Positions 39,275 through 48,812 of a stretch of 64,000 nucleotides of DNA are shown here, piece by piece. The position numbers and the translations under genes are program-made. The first letter of the stretch is position 1. Each line of letters starts with the position of its first letter. This stretch comes from Candidatus Woesearchaeota archaeon (lineage in GTDB: Archaea; Nanobdellota; Nanobdellia; Pacearchaeales; GW2011-AR1). The notes beneath the pieces were generated by a model, which was given only the letters and a program-made list of their open reading frames with translations, was not told the origin of the DNA and did not search any database. The stretch covers positions 13-64,012 of the forward strand of contig CAYHPN010000005.1 in the NCBI GenBank assembly GCA_964358765.1, in the 5' to 3' direction.

Positions 39275-39731
39275 ACTTGGTCTGCCTCAGGAAATGATGG
39301 GTGTCTGTATTTTAGATTGATTTTCAAATGGCAAATTAATTTTGAATAGGATGGGCATTGATTGATTTATTATTGCACTGCATGTGTGTCTGCGTGTAGG
39401 TAGACAGGAGAGAGCCGAGAAATAAATTCGTCATCTTTGATACTATCCTTACATTATCGACGCTATTTATAGAGGATAAACAACCTCCTTAGTATGATTA
39501 ACCCATTCAACAAGAGTCCTCTTTCTGAAAGCTGTCTACTCCCAATGTCTGGAAAAGATGACGACTGGAGGAAATATCATCTGATGGTTAAGTTTGTCGA
39601 ATGTAAAATTATCTGGCTAACTCGCCTTAGAGGAAAGTAGGGGGTGTCTAATAATTGGGAGGATTGGGAAGTAGACAAATTTTCTTCATTCCTAAAATCG
39701 CAATACAAGCCATATATACAAGGGGGTCTTT
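39275..39731 (+). promoter_or_regulatory. conserved non-coding iteron region (counterpart of 31925-32361)
   Basis: TGTCT(G/A) at 39302, 39387, 39533, 39546 and 39645. Reverse AGACA at 39401-39407 and 39672-39677. Hairpin GTCTGC(39388)/GTAGAC(39400), which keeps a G-T/U pair. tttata at 39466-39471. Confidence 0.6.
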
Positions 39732-39740
39732 TTGAATAGT

Positions 39741-40226
39741 ATGAAGACTGTTGGAGCAATTGATAAAAGGAAAAGAAGACAAAGAAGCGACTATGGAAAG
39801 AAGAGAGAGTTCTACAGAGGCAAACGTGTTAAAAAGAGAAGAGAAATAATCTGGAATAAAAAACAAGGACAGAAGGAAGTGTTGAAATTATGGGTGTGGC
39901 AAAAGGAAACAATGAGCCCCGAAGGGAGGTCTAAATGGAATAGGAAAGTTAGACCTTTCATTAAGAATATTGTTTACATCCCAAGAATGAGAATTGATGC
40001 CCATGTAAGTTATCTAACAACAAAGCAAAGTATAGAACAACTCTTTCTCGAAGTAATAGGTTACACTGGAGAGTTTTTAATTATGGGCTTCAGTAATGCA
40101 GGAAACAAATTCCATTGCAAACCTGTAAAGATTTGCAGAATTATTATTCACGAATCTAAAGAATGTCTTCGGAGCAGGATGATTCAAGATTACAGACTCT
40201 GGAGGTATTGGTTTTATCATGACTGA
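39741..40226 (+). CDS. conserved basic protein coupled to the serine recombinase
   Basis: The track start at 39732 is TTG. ATG 39741 gives MKTVGAIDKRKRRQRSD, parallel to MVKTYGAVDRRHRKRRSD of 32362. It overlaps the recombinase gene by 8 nt. Confidence 0.7.
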   Translation: MKTVGAIDKRKRRQRSDYGKKREFYRGKRVKKRREIIWNKKQGQKEVLKLWVWQKETMSPEGRSKWNRKVRPFIKNIVYIPRMRIDAHVSYLTTKQSIEQLFLEVIGYTGEFLIMGFSNAGNKFHCKPVKICRIIIHESKECLRSRMIQDYRLWRYWFYHD

Positions 40227-40962
40227 AAATGAATCTAAGATAATCAATGCAGTAGCCTATATTCGCTTATCTGCGGATGATAGTGCTAACCCTTCATTGT
40301 CTCCTCAAAACCAACAAGACATCATAAGGAGTCATGCAGAAGCTAAAGGATTAAAGATAGTTCAAATATATGAAGACATAAACAAGACAGGCTCAAATAT
40401 TTTTAGAAAGGGACTTGAGCAATTAATGAAAGATGCAAACTCCAAAAAATTCCAAGTTGTAATTTTTAAAGACTGGTCAAGAATCTCCAGAAGTATCGTA
40501 GACCAAGAGTCAATAGTAAAAGAATTGAACAGTATGGGGATTGAAGTAATTTCTTGTGATGGAGTCTCAGATAAAAAGATTAGGCAAGTAACGGGGCTTA
40601 CCAATGAATGGTTCATTGATGAGTGCAGGAGAAAACAACAGCAAGTTCACAAAATAAAGCTTGAAGCAAAAGTTCCATGTTCAAGACCCCCTTACGGATA
40701 TTCAATGAGCAAAAAACTAAAGCGTTTTGTTATTAATCCAGAAGAAGCTCAAGATGTTAAAAGAATCTTTGAATTAAGAAGTGAAGGAAAATCGATTAAC
40801 GAAATAGCCAAAGAGTATAAGATGTCTCCAAGTAAGATTTTTGGGATGCTTAAAAACCAAAGTTATCTGGGTTTCATAAAATACAAAACCGAACTAATCC
40901 CAGCCCATGAACTAATAATATCGCCAGAGCTTTTCAATAAACTGAATAATAATTCAGCCTAA
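40219..40962 (+). CDS. small serine recombinase
   Basis: AVAYIRLSADDSANPSLSPQNQ. HTH GKSINEIAKEYKMSPSKIFGMLKN. Confidence 0.82.
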   Translation: MTENESKIINAVAYIRLSADDSANPSLSPQNQQDIIRSHAEAKGLKIVQIYEDINKTGSNIFRKGLEQLMKDANSKKFQVVIFKDWSRISRSIVDQESIVKELNSMGIEVISCDGVSDKKIRQVTGLTNEWFIDECRRKQQQVHKIKLEAKVPCSRPPYGYSMSKKLKRFVINPEEAQDVKRIFELRSEGKSINEIAKEYKMSPSKIFGMLKNQSYLGFIKYKTELIPAHELIISPELFNKLNNNSA

Positions 40963-41147
40963 TGAACTTTTGTTCAGTTTTATAAGTAGTTTTATAAATA
41001 AGAACTTCTTTTTTGTTAAATAAGCCTTTATAAGCTATTCCATGAACAGCGAGGATTGTCAGGTTTAAGTAGTGAAACATTTAAGTAAAAATTGAATAAT
41101 AATTCAGTTTTGAATAGCTTTTTAAAAAGCATAAACATGGGTTTAAC

Positions 41148-43892
41148 ATGGGATTAGAACTACACACACGAAATAATCTACTGGCAGATAAAGAAGAGGT
41201 TACATCGGATGAATATCTGGAAGTATACGGAAGTAGGATAGTCCAGGATAGCGAAAAATTGTTTTTGAAAGATTTTCTATTCCCTCTTCTTGGCAAGAAA
41301 GGGATGATTTATGTAATACCCCAATATCCATTTATTGATTCTGAGGGAAGATTAAGAAGAATTGATTTTGCGTTAATCAAAGACAACATAAAAATTGCTC
41401 TGGAAGTTAATGGAGAAACTTATCATGCTGAGGGAATAATTCCAAATGACATGTTCGATGATAACTTACAACGACAAAATGAGATATTAAATGCTGGATG
41501 GAATTTACAAAGATTTTCTTTCAATCAGTTACAAGATGACCGTTGGAGAAAAAGAGTCATGGATATGTTGCATAAAGTTGTCTCACGATATGCCCCAGAG
41601 ATAATTTCAGAAGATTCGATTAAACCTAATTATTTACAGGTTATGGCTTTAGAGGCACTTGATTTTTATCGAGAAAAAGGATGGAAAAAAGGTATTGTAG
41701 TTCTTCCTACAGGGACTGGAAAAACTTTTCTGTCTGCATTCGATGCTAAAAAGTTTGATGGTAGAGTATTGTTTATTGTCCATAGAATAGATATTTTAAG
41801 CCAGTCTAAGGATGCTTTTGAAAAAGTATGGGCACAAGCTAAACTGGGATTGCTAACAGGAGAGGTTAAAGAGCATCTTCATGATTCTAAAGTTTTATTC
41901 GCCTCTAAGGATAGCCTAAGAAATCCAGAATACCTCTCTTTATTTTCTCCGACAGAATTTGATTATATAATTATAGATGAGGTTCATCATGGACAAGCTC
42001 CCTCTTATCAGTCGATTATTAAACATTTTCAGCCAAGAAAATTCATTCTTGGGATGACGGCAACACCTGATAGGATGGATAGAAAAGATATATTTGAATT
42101 ATTTGATTACAATAAGGTTTTTGAGTATACTTTAAATGATGCTATTGAAAATGGATTCTTAGTTCCCTATACTTATTATGGTCTAAAGGATAATATAGAT
42201 TATTCCAAAATAAGATATAATGGTCTGAAATATAATGTGCAAGACTTGGACAAGTATCTCATTATAGAAAAAAGAAATGAGCAAATTCTGAAGGAATATA
42301 TTGAGAAAGGGGGAGGAAATAAAGCATTAGGTTTCTGTTGTTCTATTCATCATGCAAATAAAATGGCACAGTATTTTAATGAGCATGGGATTCCTGCTAT
42401 AGCAATAACTTCTGAAACAGAAAATAGGGAAGACAAGATTAAGGATTTTAGAGACAATAAATATGCAGTTGCTTTCACTGTAGACATATTTAACGAGGGA
42501 ATTGATTTTCCAGACCTAAGAGTTCTATTATTTATAAGACCTACAGAATCGAAGACGGTTTTTATGCAACAATTAGGTAGGGGACTAAGATTGTCTCCAG
42601 GAAAAGAGAGGGCAATTGTTTTAGATTTTATTACAAATTATAAAAAAGCTAATCAGATTAGAAAATATCTTTCTAAAAGAAGTAAAGAAAAAAAAGCCAC
42701 TTCAGGAAGAATAGAGAAGATTATTTACGAGTATGTTCCAAAATGTGAAGTTCATTTTGATTCAGAAGTAGAAGAAATATTAAATAGGCAAGATAAAGAT
42801 GAAAGAGAAATCTCAAAAGAAGACTTATTAGATTCGTATTATTCTCTCGCTGAAAAACTTGGAAGAAAACCAACACAAGAGGACATCAATGAGCAAGGGG
42901 AATTTAAGGTCTCAAAATATATCTCTATTTATGGCTCATGGATTAAGTTTCTTCGTGAAATTGGAGAGTTCACAGAAGCAAGTTATCATTATCCTCAAGG
43001 AGTCCATTTAGGACATATCTTCTATATACTAAAAACTCTGTCAGAAAATAAACGGGAGAAAACACACTTAGATGATTCATACATTAGAATTAGAGGTAAT
43101 CTCGGTTCAGATAGAGTAGGCACATTTCAAAGACAAACTAAATATAAATTGCAAGCTTTAATGGAAATGGGTCTCATAACGGATGATAGAACACTTAGCT
43201 CCGATGAAAAATATAATATAGAATTAACTCCTGAAGGGAAAGAGCTCTATAGAATTTTGAAACCTCTAATCGGAAAAGTTGATTTATCTTTCTCAAAAAA
43301 TGAAGGAGGAATACCTTCATGGGACATGAAATTAAATCCACAAGAATTTAATGTTGCACTCTGGAATTTTGTTCAATCAGATAAAACAAAAAAAGAATAT
43401 ATCCAAAGAGAAATATTAGAAATTCATGCAGTTTCGCAAATGTTAAACTATTTATATAAAATTGAAAGGCAAAAGACAATAAAAAAATCTTCTGTATATG
43501 AGGGATTTTTTAAAGCACCATTTGTTAAAATGTATTGTGACCAAAATGGCATAGATATTGCGACAGAGGAAGGGGCGAAACATAGATGTCCCTTTTTGTT
43601 GAATTTGCTGGAATCAATAGGAGTTTTATCTCAGACAAGAAGTGAAATTATTTTGTCGAAATTTTTAGTATGTAAACAGACTATGCAAATTTATTCCAAA
43701 GAAAGTGAGGGAAACATTAGTGATAGGATTCACAGAGTCGGCAAGATTCTGTCAGCAAAATCATCCGATAAATTAGACTCCGAAGAAGAATCATTACTCA
43801 AGGAGAATTTTGGGAAGTTATTCTTATCAGATAAATTTTATTTATCGGACTTTGAGATTTTAAATAATAGCGGTGATAAAAATGTCAAATAA
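41148..43892 (+). CDS. DUF559/Vsr-like endonuclease domain fused to an SF2 (type III restriction Res-like) helicase, with a ~350-aa C-terminal region
   Basis: Nuclease-like RRIDFAL...IALEVNGETYH...NAGWNLQRF. Helicase motifs I VLPTGTGKT, II IIDEVHH, III GMTATP, VI QQLGRGLR. 914 aa. Confidence 0.75.
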   Translation: MGLELHTRNNLLADKEEVTSDEYLEVYGSRIVQDSEKLFLKDFLFPLLGKKGMIYVIPQYPFIDSEGRLRRIDFALIKDNIKIALEVNGETYHAEGIIPNDMFDDNLQRQNEILNAGWNLQRFSFNQLQDDRWRKRVMDMLHKVVSRYAPEIISEDSIKPNYLQVMALEALDFYREKGWKKGIVVLPTGTGKTFLSAFDAKKFDGRVLFIVHRIDILSQSKDAFEKVWAQAKLGLLTGEVKEHLHDSKVLFASKDSLRNPEYLSLFSPTEFDYIIIDEVHHGQAPSYQSIIKHFQPRKFILGMTATPDRMDRKDIFELFDYNKVFEYTLNDAIENGFLVPYTYYGLKDNIDYSKIRYNGLKYNVQDLDKYLIIEKRNEQILKEYIEKGGGNKALGFCCSIHHANKMAQYFNEHGIPAIAITSETENREDKIKDFRDNKYAVAFTVDIFNEGIDFPDLRVLLFIRPTESKTVFMQQLGRGLRLSPGKERAIVLDFITNYKKANQIRKYLSKRSKEKKATSGRIEKIIYEYVPKCEVHFDSEVEEILNRQDKDEREISKEDLLDSYYSLAEKLGRKPTQEDINEQGEFKVSKYISIYGSWIKFLREIGEFTEASYHYPQGVHLGHIFYILKTLSENKREKTHLDDSYIRIRGNLGSDRVGTFQRQTKYKLQALMEMGLITDDRTLSSDEKYNIELTPEGKELYRILKPLIGKVDLSFSKNEGGIPSWDMKLNPQEFNVALWNFVQSDKTKKEYIQREILEIHAVSQMLNYLYKIERQKTIKKSSVYEGFFKAPFVKMYCDQNGIDIATEEGAKHRCPFLLNLLESIGVLSQTRSEIILSKFLVCKQTMQIYSKESEGNISDRIHRVGKILSAKSSDKLDSEEESLLKENFGKLFLSDKFYLSDFEILNNSGDKNVK

Positions 43893-44835
43893 ATCACATT
43901 TTAACGCAGGACATAGAGGCATGAATTTTTTGAAGAAAAAAGGGATAAAACATAGTTCTAATATTGATTTCGTAATTCCTGAAAAAACTTATCATGGATT
44001 TTTTATTAAAGACTCTATACAGTTTTTAAAAACACTTCCAGACTCATCTGTGCAGTTGGTATTAATTGACCCCCCGTATAATTTAGATTTGGAGACGTGG
44101 GATACTTTTTCAGATTATTTAGATTGGGCAAAACAATGGATGGATGAAATATATCGAGTATTAAAAGATTCTGGAAGCTGTGTTATTTTTGGAGGATTTC
44201 AATACCAAGATTTAAAGAAAGGCGATTTATTAGAACTTTTACATTATGCTCGACATAAAACTAAACTAAGATTTACAAATTTAGTTATTTGGTATTATAA
44301 GAATGGTATGAGTGCACATAGATTTTTTGCTAATCGTCATGAAGAGGCAGTATGGTTGACAAAAACAAAACAATATTATTTTGATTTAGATTCAGTTAGA
44401 GCACCGTATTCGGAAGAAGCTAAAAAATCGGCACTTCGGGATAAAAGACTTGTTCCTGAAAATATTGAAAAAGGAAAAAATCCTACCAATGTCTGGGAGA
44501 TTGGTAGGTTAAATGGTAATTCTGTTGAAAGAGTTGGACACCCCACTCAAAAACCATTGGAGATTATAAGAAGATTTGTTAATAGCCTTTCTTATCCTGG
44601 CTCAATAGTATTGGATTTTTTTGCAGGTTCTGGAACAACAGGAAGAATTTGCATAGAAGAGGGTCGCCATAGCATACTTGTAGACAATGACCCCAAATCA
44701 TTAGATTTTTTCAATAAACATTTGAATAATATGAAATCGACAGGGGATATAAAGTCCCATGAGGTTTTTATCAATCCAGATTTAAATGATTTATTAAAAA
44801 AATTGGAAGAAAAAGAAAGTATCCAAAAGAATTAA
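43882..44835 (+). CDS. DNA methyltransferase, beta-class (N6-adenine or N4-cytosine)
   Basis: Catalytic motif IV LIDPPYNL precedes AdoMet motif I VLDFFAGSGTTG. The track start at 43873 is GTG and the first ATG is at 43882. It overlaps the upstream gene. Confidence 0.82.
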   Translation: MSNKSHFNAGHRGMNFLKKKGIKHSSNIDFVIPEKTYHGFFIKDSIQFLKTLPDSSVQLVLIDPPYNLDLETWDTFSDYLDWAKQWMDEIYRVLKDSGSCVIFGGFQYQDLKKGDLLELLHYARHKTKLRFTNLVIWYYKNGMSAHRFFANRHEEAVWLTKTKQYYFDLDSVRAPYSEEAKKSALRDKRLVPENIEKGKNPTNVWEIGRLNGNSVERVGHPTQKPLEIIRRFVNSLSYPGSIVLDFFAGSGTTGRICIEEGRHSILVDNDPKSLDFFNKHLNNMKSTGDIKSHEVFINPDLNDLLKKLEEKESIQKN

Positions 44836-44841
44836 TAAACA

Positions 44842-45528
44842 ATGATAAAACAAAAAGAAGTGGCAATCGAACAGAAAGGTTATAAGTTATCACCATCAAC
44901 ATTGAACTTAATGCATGAGTGTCCTCGATGTTTTTGGTTATCTGAACATGATGTATGGAAAAGACCAAACGGAATATTCCCCTCGCTTCCTTCTGGGATG
45001 GATGGTGTTTTAAAAAAACATTTTGATAAGTTTATGGAAAAAGGAAAACTTCCTCCCGAGTTATGTGATAATTCTGAATGTAAAAACCTTAAACTATTTG
45101 ATGATAAGGAGCTCTTGAAAGAATGGAGAAACTCCAGAAAAGGATTATGGTTTGAAGATAAAGAAGGGAATATTTTACATGGAGGAATTGATAATCTGAT
45201 GGTCAATAAGACTAATGGTAAATTTATTGTCCTTGACTACAAAACAAGGGGATTTCCATTAAAAGAAGATACACATGAACACTATCAAAGTCAGCTTAAT
45301 ATCTATGTTTGGCTTCTTGAGAAGTTAGGACATAAGACTGAAAACTTTGCATATTTGTTATTTTATCATCCTAAAGAAGTGTTAGAGACTGGAGAAGTTG
45401 TTTTTAATACAGATTTAAAGAAAATGAAAATCTCGCCTGAAGATGCAGAAAAGCTTTTCAATAATGCAATTAAAATGCTTAATGAAGACTGCCCAAAAAA
45501 ATCATGCTGTTGGTGTGAGAAGGTATAA
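44842..45528 (+). CDS. PD-(D/E)XK nuclease, Cas4/RecB-like, with Cys cluster
   Basis: N-terminal CPRCFW. Core GIDNL...VLDYKT. QSQLNIYVWLL (QxxxY). C-terminal CPKKSCCWC. Confidence 0.65.
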   Translation: MIKQKEVAIEQKGYKLSPSTLNLMHECPRCFWLSEHDVWKRPNGIFPSLPSGMDGVLKKHFDKFMEKGKLPPELCDNSECKNLKLFDDKELLKEWRNSRKGLWFEDKEGNILHGGIDNLMVNKTNGKFIVLDYKTRGFPLKEDTHEHYQSQLNIYVWLLEKLGHKTENFAYLLFYHPKEVLETGEVVFNTDLKKMKISPEDAEKLFNNAIKMLNEDCPKKSCCWCEKV

Positions 45529-45591
45529 AATGGAGTCTACCTCAAAATGCAATTCCGATAATTCTAAAAAGTTCGCTATAATGGGGTTAAT

Positions 45592-46158
45592 ATGTTAGGA
45601 GACATATATTTAGGAACTGCACTTGCTATTTTTTTAGCAATCTTTGGATGGAGCGAAAGTATTTTTGGTTTATCTCAGAGAACAAAAGAAAAGGAAGCAG
45701 ATTTCATTAGAAAATCAAAACTGACATTCGAGAAATACCTTGAATTGAAAAAGCTTATTTCTGCAACACAAAAACTTGGGCAGGCAGAATATACAAAGAA
45801 ACTCGCAAGTATCCTTAAAGGAACGCATATCGGGGCAGGTGACAAGGGCACATTCGATAAACTAAGGGAAAATAGTTTAACTCTTACTCAATGGGATAAA
45901 CAAAATAAAAACAAAAAGACCGTATTAAGTGGATTGTTTATCTATCTCTTTATAGCTGGAACAGTCATGCTACTTTTTGAAAATAATGTAACACCTTTTT
46001 TTGAGATGAGCTTGGAGTCATGGATGATAATCTTTCAATCTATACTCTTCATAATTATCATAGTTGGAGCGTTAATATTCAACAAAATAAGGAAATTTGA
46101 GATTGAGATACAGTCAAATTTGAACTATCTCATATTGAGGATTCCCTCAGGGGAGTAA
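45592..46158 (+). CDS. three-TM membrane protein with a ~100-aa soluble loop
   Basis: TM helices LGTALAIFLAIFGW, LSGLFIYLFIAGTVMLLF and MIIFQSILFIIIIVGALIF. No family recognised. Confidence 0.55.
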   Translation: MLGDIYLGTALAIFLAIFGWSESIFGLSQRTKEKEADFIRKSKLTFEKYLELKKLISATQKLGQAEYTKKLASILKGTHIGAGDKGTFDKLRENSLTLTQWDKQNKNKKTVLSGLFIYLFIAGTVMLLFENNVTPFFEMSLESWMIIFQSILFIIIIVGALIFNKIRKFEIEIQSNLNYLILRIPSGE

Positions 46159-46159
46159 T

Positions 46160-46525
46160 ATGGGTGGAAGAAAGTCCTATCCAAACAAAAAGTATCTTGG
46201 TGACTCAGCAGGAGTCAAGAAAGAAGTTAAACAGTTAAAAGACTACATCGAAAACAAAGATGTAGAAAAAATATCTTCTCAAGCATTTAATGTTCTATCG
46301 ACTGCAAGAAAACCTATACAATATTCAGCTTATTCAACAAAATTCTTTCCAGAAGTAATAAAGAATCTTCCTAAATGGAAAGAAGAAAAAGATGTCAATC
46401 AGCTAAGAAGGGAAGTAACATCTTCTTGGTCTAAAGTTAAAGAAAAAAATAAGCTTAGTGTTCCAAAAGAAGTAGACAGGATAATAGTCGAGAATACGGT
46501 TAAATTAGTGGAGGGCAAAAAATGA
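46160..46525 (+). CDS. hypothetical Lys-rich protein
   Basis: ORF track (121 aa). It starts 1 nt after the upstream stop and overlaps the downstream gene by 4 nt. Confidence 0.5.
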   Translation: MGGRKSYPNKKYLGDSAGVKKEVKQLKDYIENKDVEKISSQAFNVLSTARKPIQYSAYSTKFFPEVIKNLPKWKEEKDVNQLRREVTSSWSKVKEKNKLSVPKEVDRIIVENTVKLVEGKK

Positions 46526-46857
46526 GCTCTCCATCTATCTCTAATGTCAGAACCGTTTATATCGAATGGCATGTGGATATTGTAATGGATTTAATAGACC
46601 AGATATTAAAATCACCTCAGTTAATTTCTGGCACAAATCAGATTAATCCGAATGATGCCACACATATTAAAAAGAATCAAAAGAAAATTGCCACAGTCGC
46701 ATTAGAAAAGGAAGCGGATTATCTAATTAAAAAATATAAGATTACCGACACAGATGAGCTGTTTAAAGTTATTGGAGATTTATCCTCTAAAAAGATTGAG
46801 ACTCTCAGAAGAAAATGTATTGATGAAGCAATAAAGGAACTCGCAAAAAATGGCTAA
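46522..46857 (+). CDS. hypothetical protein
   Basis: ORF track (111 aa). It is coupled by overlaps on both sides. Confidence 0.5.
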   Translation: MSSPSISNVRTVYIEWHVDIVMDLIDQILKSPQLISGTNQINPNDATHIKKNQKKIATVALEKEADYLIKKYKITDTDELFKVIGDLSSKKIETLRRKCIDEAIKELAKNG

Positions 46858-48085
46858 GAAATTATTCTATTGTTCTCCCAATCCCTTGATGCGTTTTCTA
46901 TGGGAGGACGAAATCTCTGCAACATTATACTGTATTGCCAACACCCTATTCATGTTAGAAAAGAAAATTAAAAATGAAGAATCACAAAAAACTGTGAGTA
47001 TTGATTACTTTGGAGAAATCACCCAAGAAAACCAAAAGAAAATAAGTGCTCTATTAAGAAATATAGTATTAGATGTTCTATGCGAGGATGTTAATTTTGT
47101 CTTCAAAAAGCGAGAGTTACCTAAAAGTAAAAAAAAGAGAACCCCTACTTTTGAGCAGATTGATACTATTTGTTTATTCTCAGGAGGAATTGATAGCACT
47201 TTAGGAATACTTGAAAGTAAGAAGAAGTTTGATAAAGTGATGGGGCTATATATCGCCCATCAAGATTTAGGAAAGATTACCAGTAAAGTTGACAAAATTA
47301 AAAGAGAAGTATTAGACAGTGTAGGAATCCCCCTCTTTAAGTTTATAGCTCCCAGTATGGGGCAGGGGTATTCTCAACTTAGAGGTTTTCTATATGTTTT
47401 GTATTCTGCAATTTTATCAAGATACGTAAATGCAAAAAGAGTAATTGTAGCCGAATGCGGGGCTACAATGTATCAACCAAAATTTGCACCACTGGATACA
47501 ATCACATACACCACTCATCCAAGTGTCTTGAAACTCTCCAAACAAATATCTGAAATTATCTTAAAGAAACCATTTGAAATAATTACTCCTTTCGAAGATT
47601 TTACAAAGACCGAGATGATGACTTTACTCGCAGATGATGCATTACTTTCAAAAACACACTCTTGCGTAACTTCAAGATGGGATAAAAACTGCGGAACATG
47701 CTATGCTTGTATTTCTCGAATGATAGGAAGCGTAAATTTGGGTCTGTCTATTGATTATTTCAGGAGCAATGTTTTTGAAAGAAAAGATAATGAGATGTTA
47801 TCTTCTTTGATTCATTTTTGTTTAAACTTTGAGTTGCATCAAGACAATATTGACTATTGGTCTTTGAAAACAATTAAGTTATACCATAAAGAAGATTTAT
47901 TCACCAGAGCAAGTCAAGACATTTTTCTTTGCCTTAAAAAATTAGCAGAATTACAGAAACTGGATTCAGGTTATGAGATAGTTCTGGATTACTATTTGAA
48001 ATTCAAGTCAAAAGAACTTAGTAAAAGAGAAGAAATAATTAAAACCAACAGACTCTCAGCAAACTTTGAAAAAAAAGTTATTTAA
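46850..48085 (+). CDS. QueC-like PP-loop ATPase with a ~100-aa N-terminal extension
   Basis: PP-loop CLFSGGIDSTLG. The Cys motif C-x8-C-x2-C-x2-C (HSCVTSRWDKNCGTCYACISR) has the spacing I recall for the QueC zinc site. Confidence 0.75.
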   Translation: MAKKLFYCSPNPLMRFLWEDEISATLYCIANTLFMLEKKIKNEESQKTVSIDYFGEITQENQKKISALLRNIVLDVLCEDVNFVFKKRELPKSKKKRTPTFEQIDTICLFSGGIDSTLGILESKKKFDKVMGLYIAHQDLGKITSKVDKIKREVLDSVGIPLFKFIAPSMGQGYSQLRGFLYVLYSAILSRYVNAKRVIVAECGATMYQPKFAPLDTITYTTHPSVLKLSKQISEIILKKPFEIITPFEDFTKTEMMTLLADDALLSKTHSCVTSRWDKNCGTCYACISRMIGSVNLGLSIDYFRSNVFERKDNEMLSSLIHFCLNFELHQDNIDYWSLKTIKLYHKEDLFTRASQDIFLCLKKLAELQKLDSGYEIVLDYYLKFKSKELSKREEIIKTNRLSANFEKKVI

Positions 48086-48648
48086 TCTCTTTGTATCGGA
48101 ACTTTTCCCTCTGCCTGAATTTCTTTGGATAGCTCGATAATTAATGCATCATTTTTCTTAACAGTTTCTACACTGACACCTGTCGCAAATGCAATATCTC
48201 CCTCATCATTGTATATTCTATTTGGACTATACCAGTCACGAAGCCCTTCGGGGTCATATGGCTCATAACCTTCTAAGATTCGTTGTTTAAGGGTTTCTCT
48301 ATATCTCTCCTCTTCTTTTTGTTTACACTCTTCAGGAGATTTTCCAAGAGAGATTAATGCAGGTATTAGAGAAGTCCATATCTGATTTTGTAAATCTTCC
48401 ATAAAAGTAGGATGTTCGATTGAAAGCTTCATAATCTTATTATAGGACTCGTCATCTTTAATCCACTTACTCACAGTATCCTTTGAGACTCCAAATCTGC
48501 GAGCCAATCTTCTCAAGCTATAATGCTGAGGACAATCCATATGTAACCATCTACAAAATCGAAGCTCTATTAATCTCCGATATTCAATTTTTAATTTTAG
48601 TAATCGTTTAAATTCTTTCAAATCCTTAGAAGATAAATCAGAGCTCAT
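48082..48648 (-). CDS. HTH-containing element protein
   Basis: YSLRRLARRFGVSKDTVSKWIK. Last gene of the minus-strand replication operon. Convergent 4-nt overlap with 46850-48085. Confidence 0.55.
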   Translation of the reverse strand: MSSDLSSKDLKEFKRLLKLKIEYRRLIELRFCRWLHMDCPQHYSLRRLARRFGVSKDTVSKWIKDDESYNKIMKLSIEHPTFMEDLQNQIWTSLIPALISLGKSPEECKQKEEERYRETLKQRILEGYEPYDPEGLRDWYSPNRIYNDEGDIAFATGVSVETVKKNDALIIELSKEIQAEGKVPIQRD

Positions 48649-48809
48649 TCTATATCATCTCCGAATCTGTTTAAAAAAGACTTTGGGCTTAATTTTCTTT
48701 TTATGCATTTAGGGCAAACCTTGCCTCGCTTAGCATAGCTATAAAAGTATTCGCCACACCTTCGACAGGGTCTTCTTCTAAGCCTCTTATTTCTTATTAT
48801 TTTTGACAT
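48645..48809 (-). CDS. zinc-ribbon protein (54 aa, below the track cutoff)
   Basis: Own reading: MSKIIRNKRLRRRPCRRCGEYFYSYAKRGKVCPKCIKRKLSPKSFLNRFGDDIE (CxxC...CxxC). ATGA overlap with the downstream gene. Confidence 0.5.
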   Translation of the reverse strand: MSKIIRNKRLRRRPCRRCGEYFYSYAKRGKVCPKCIKRKLSPKSFLNRFGDDIE

Positions 48810-48812
48810 ATT

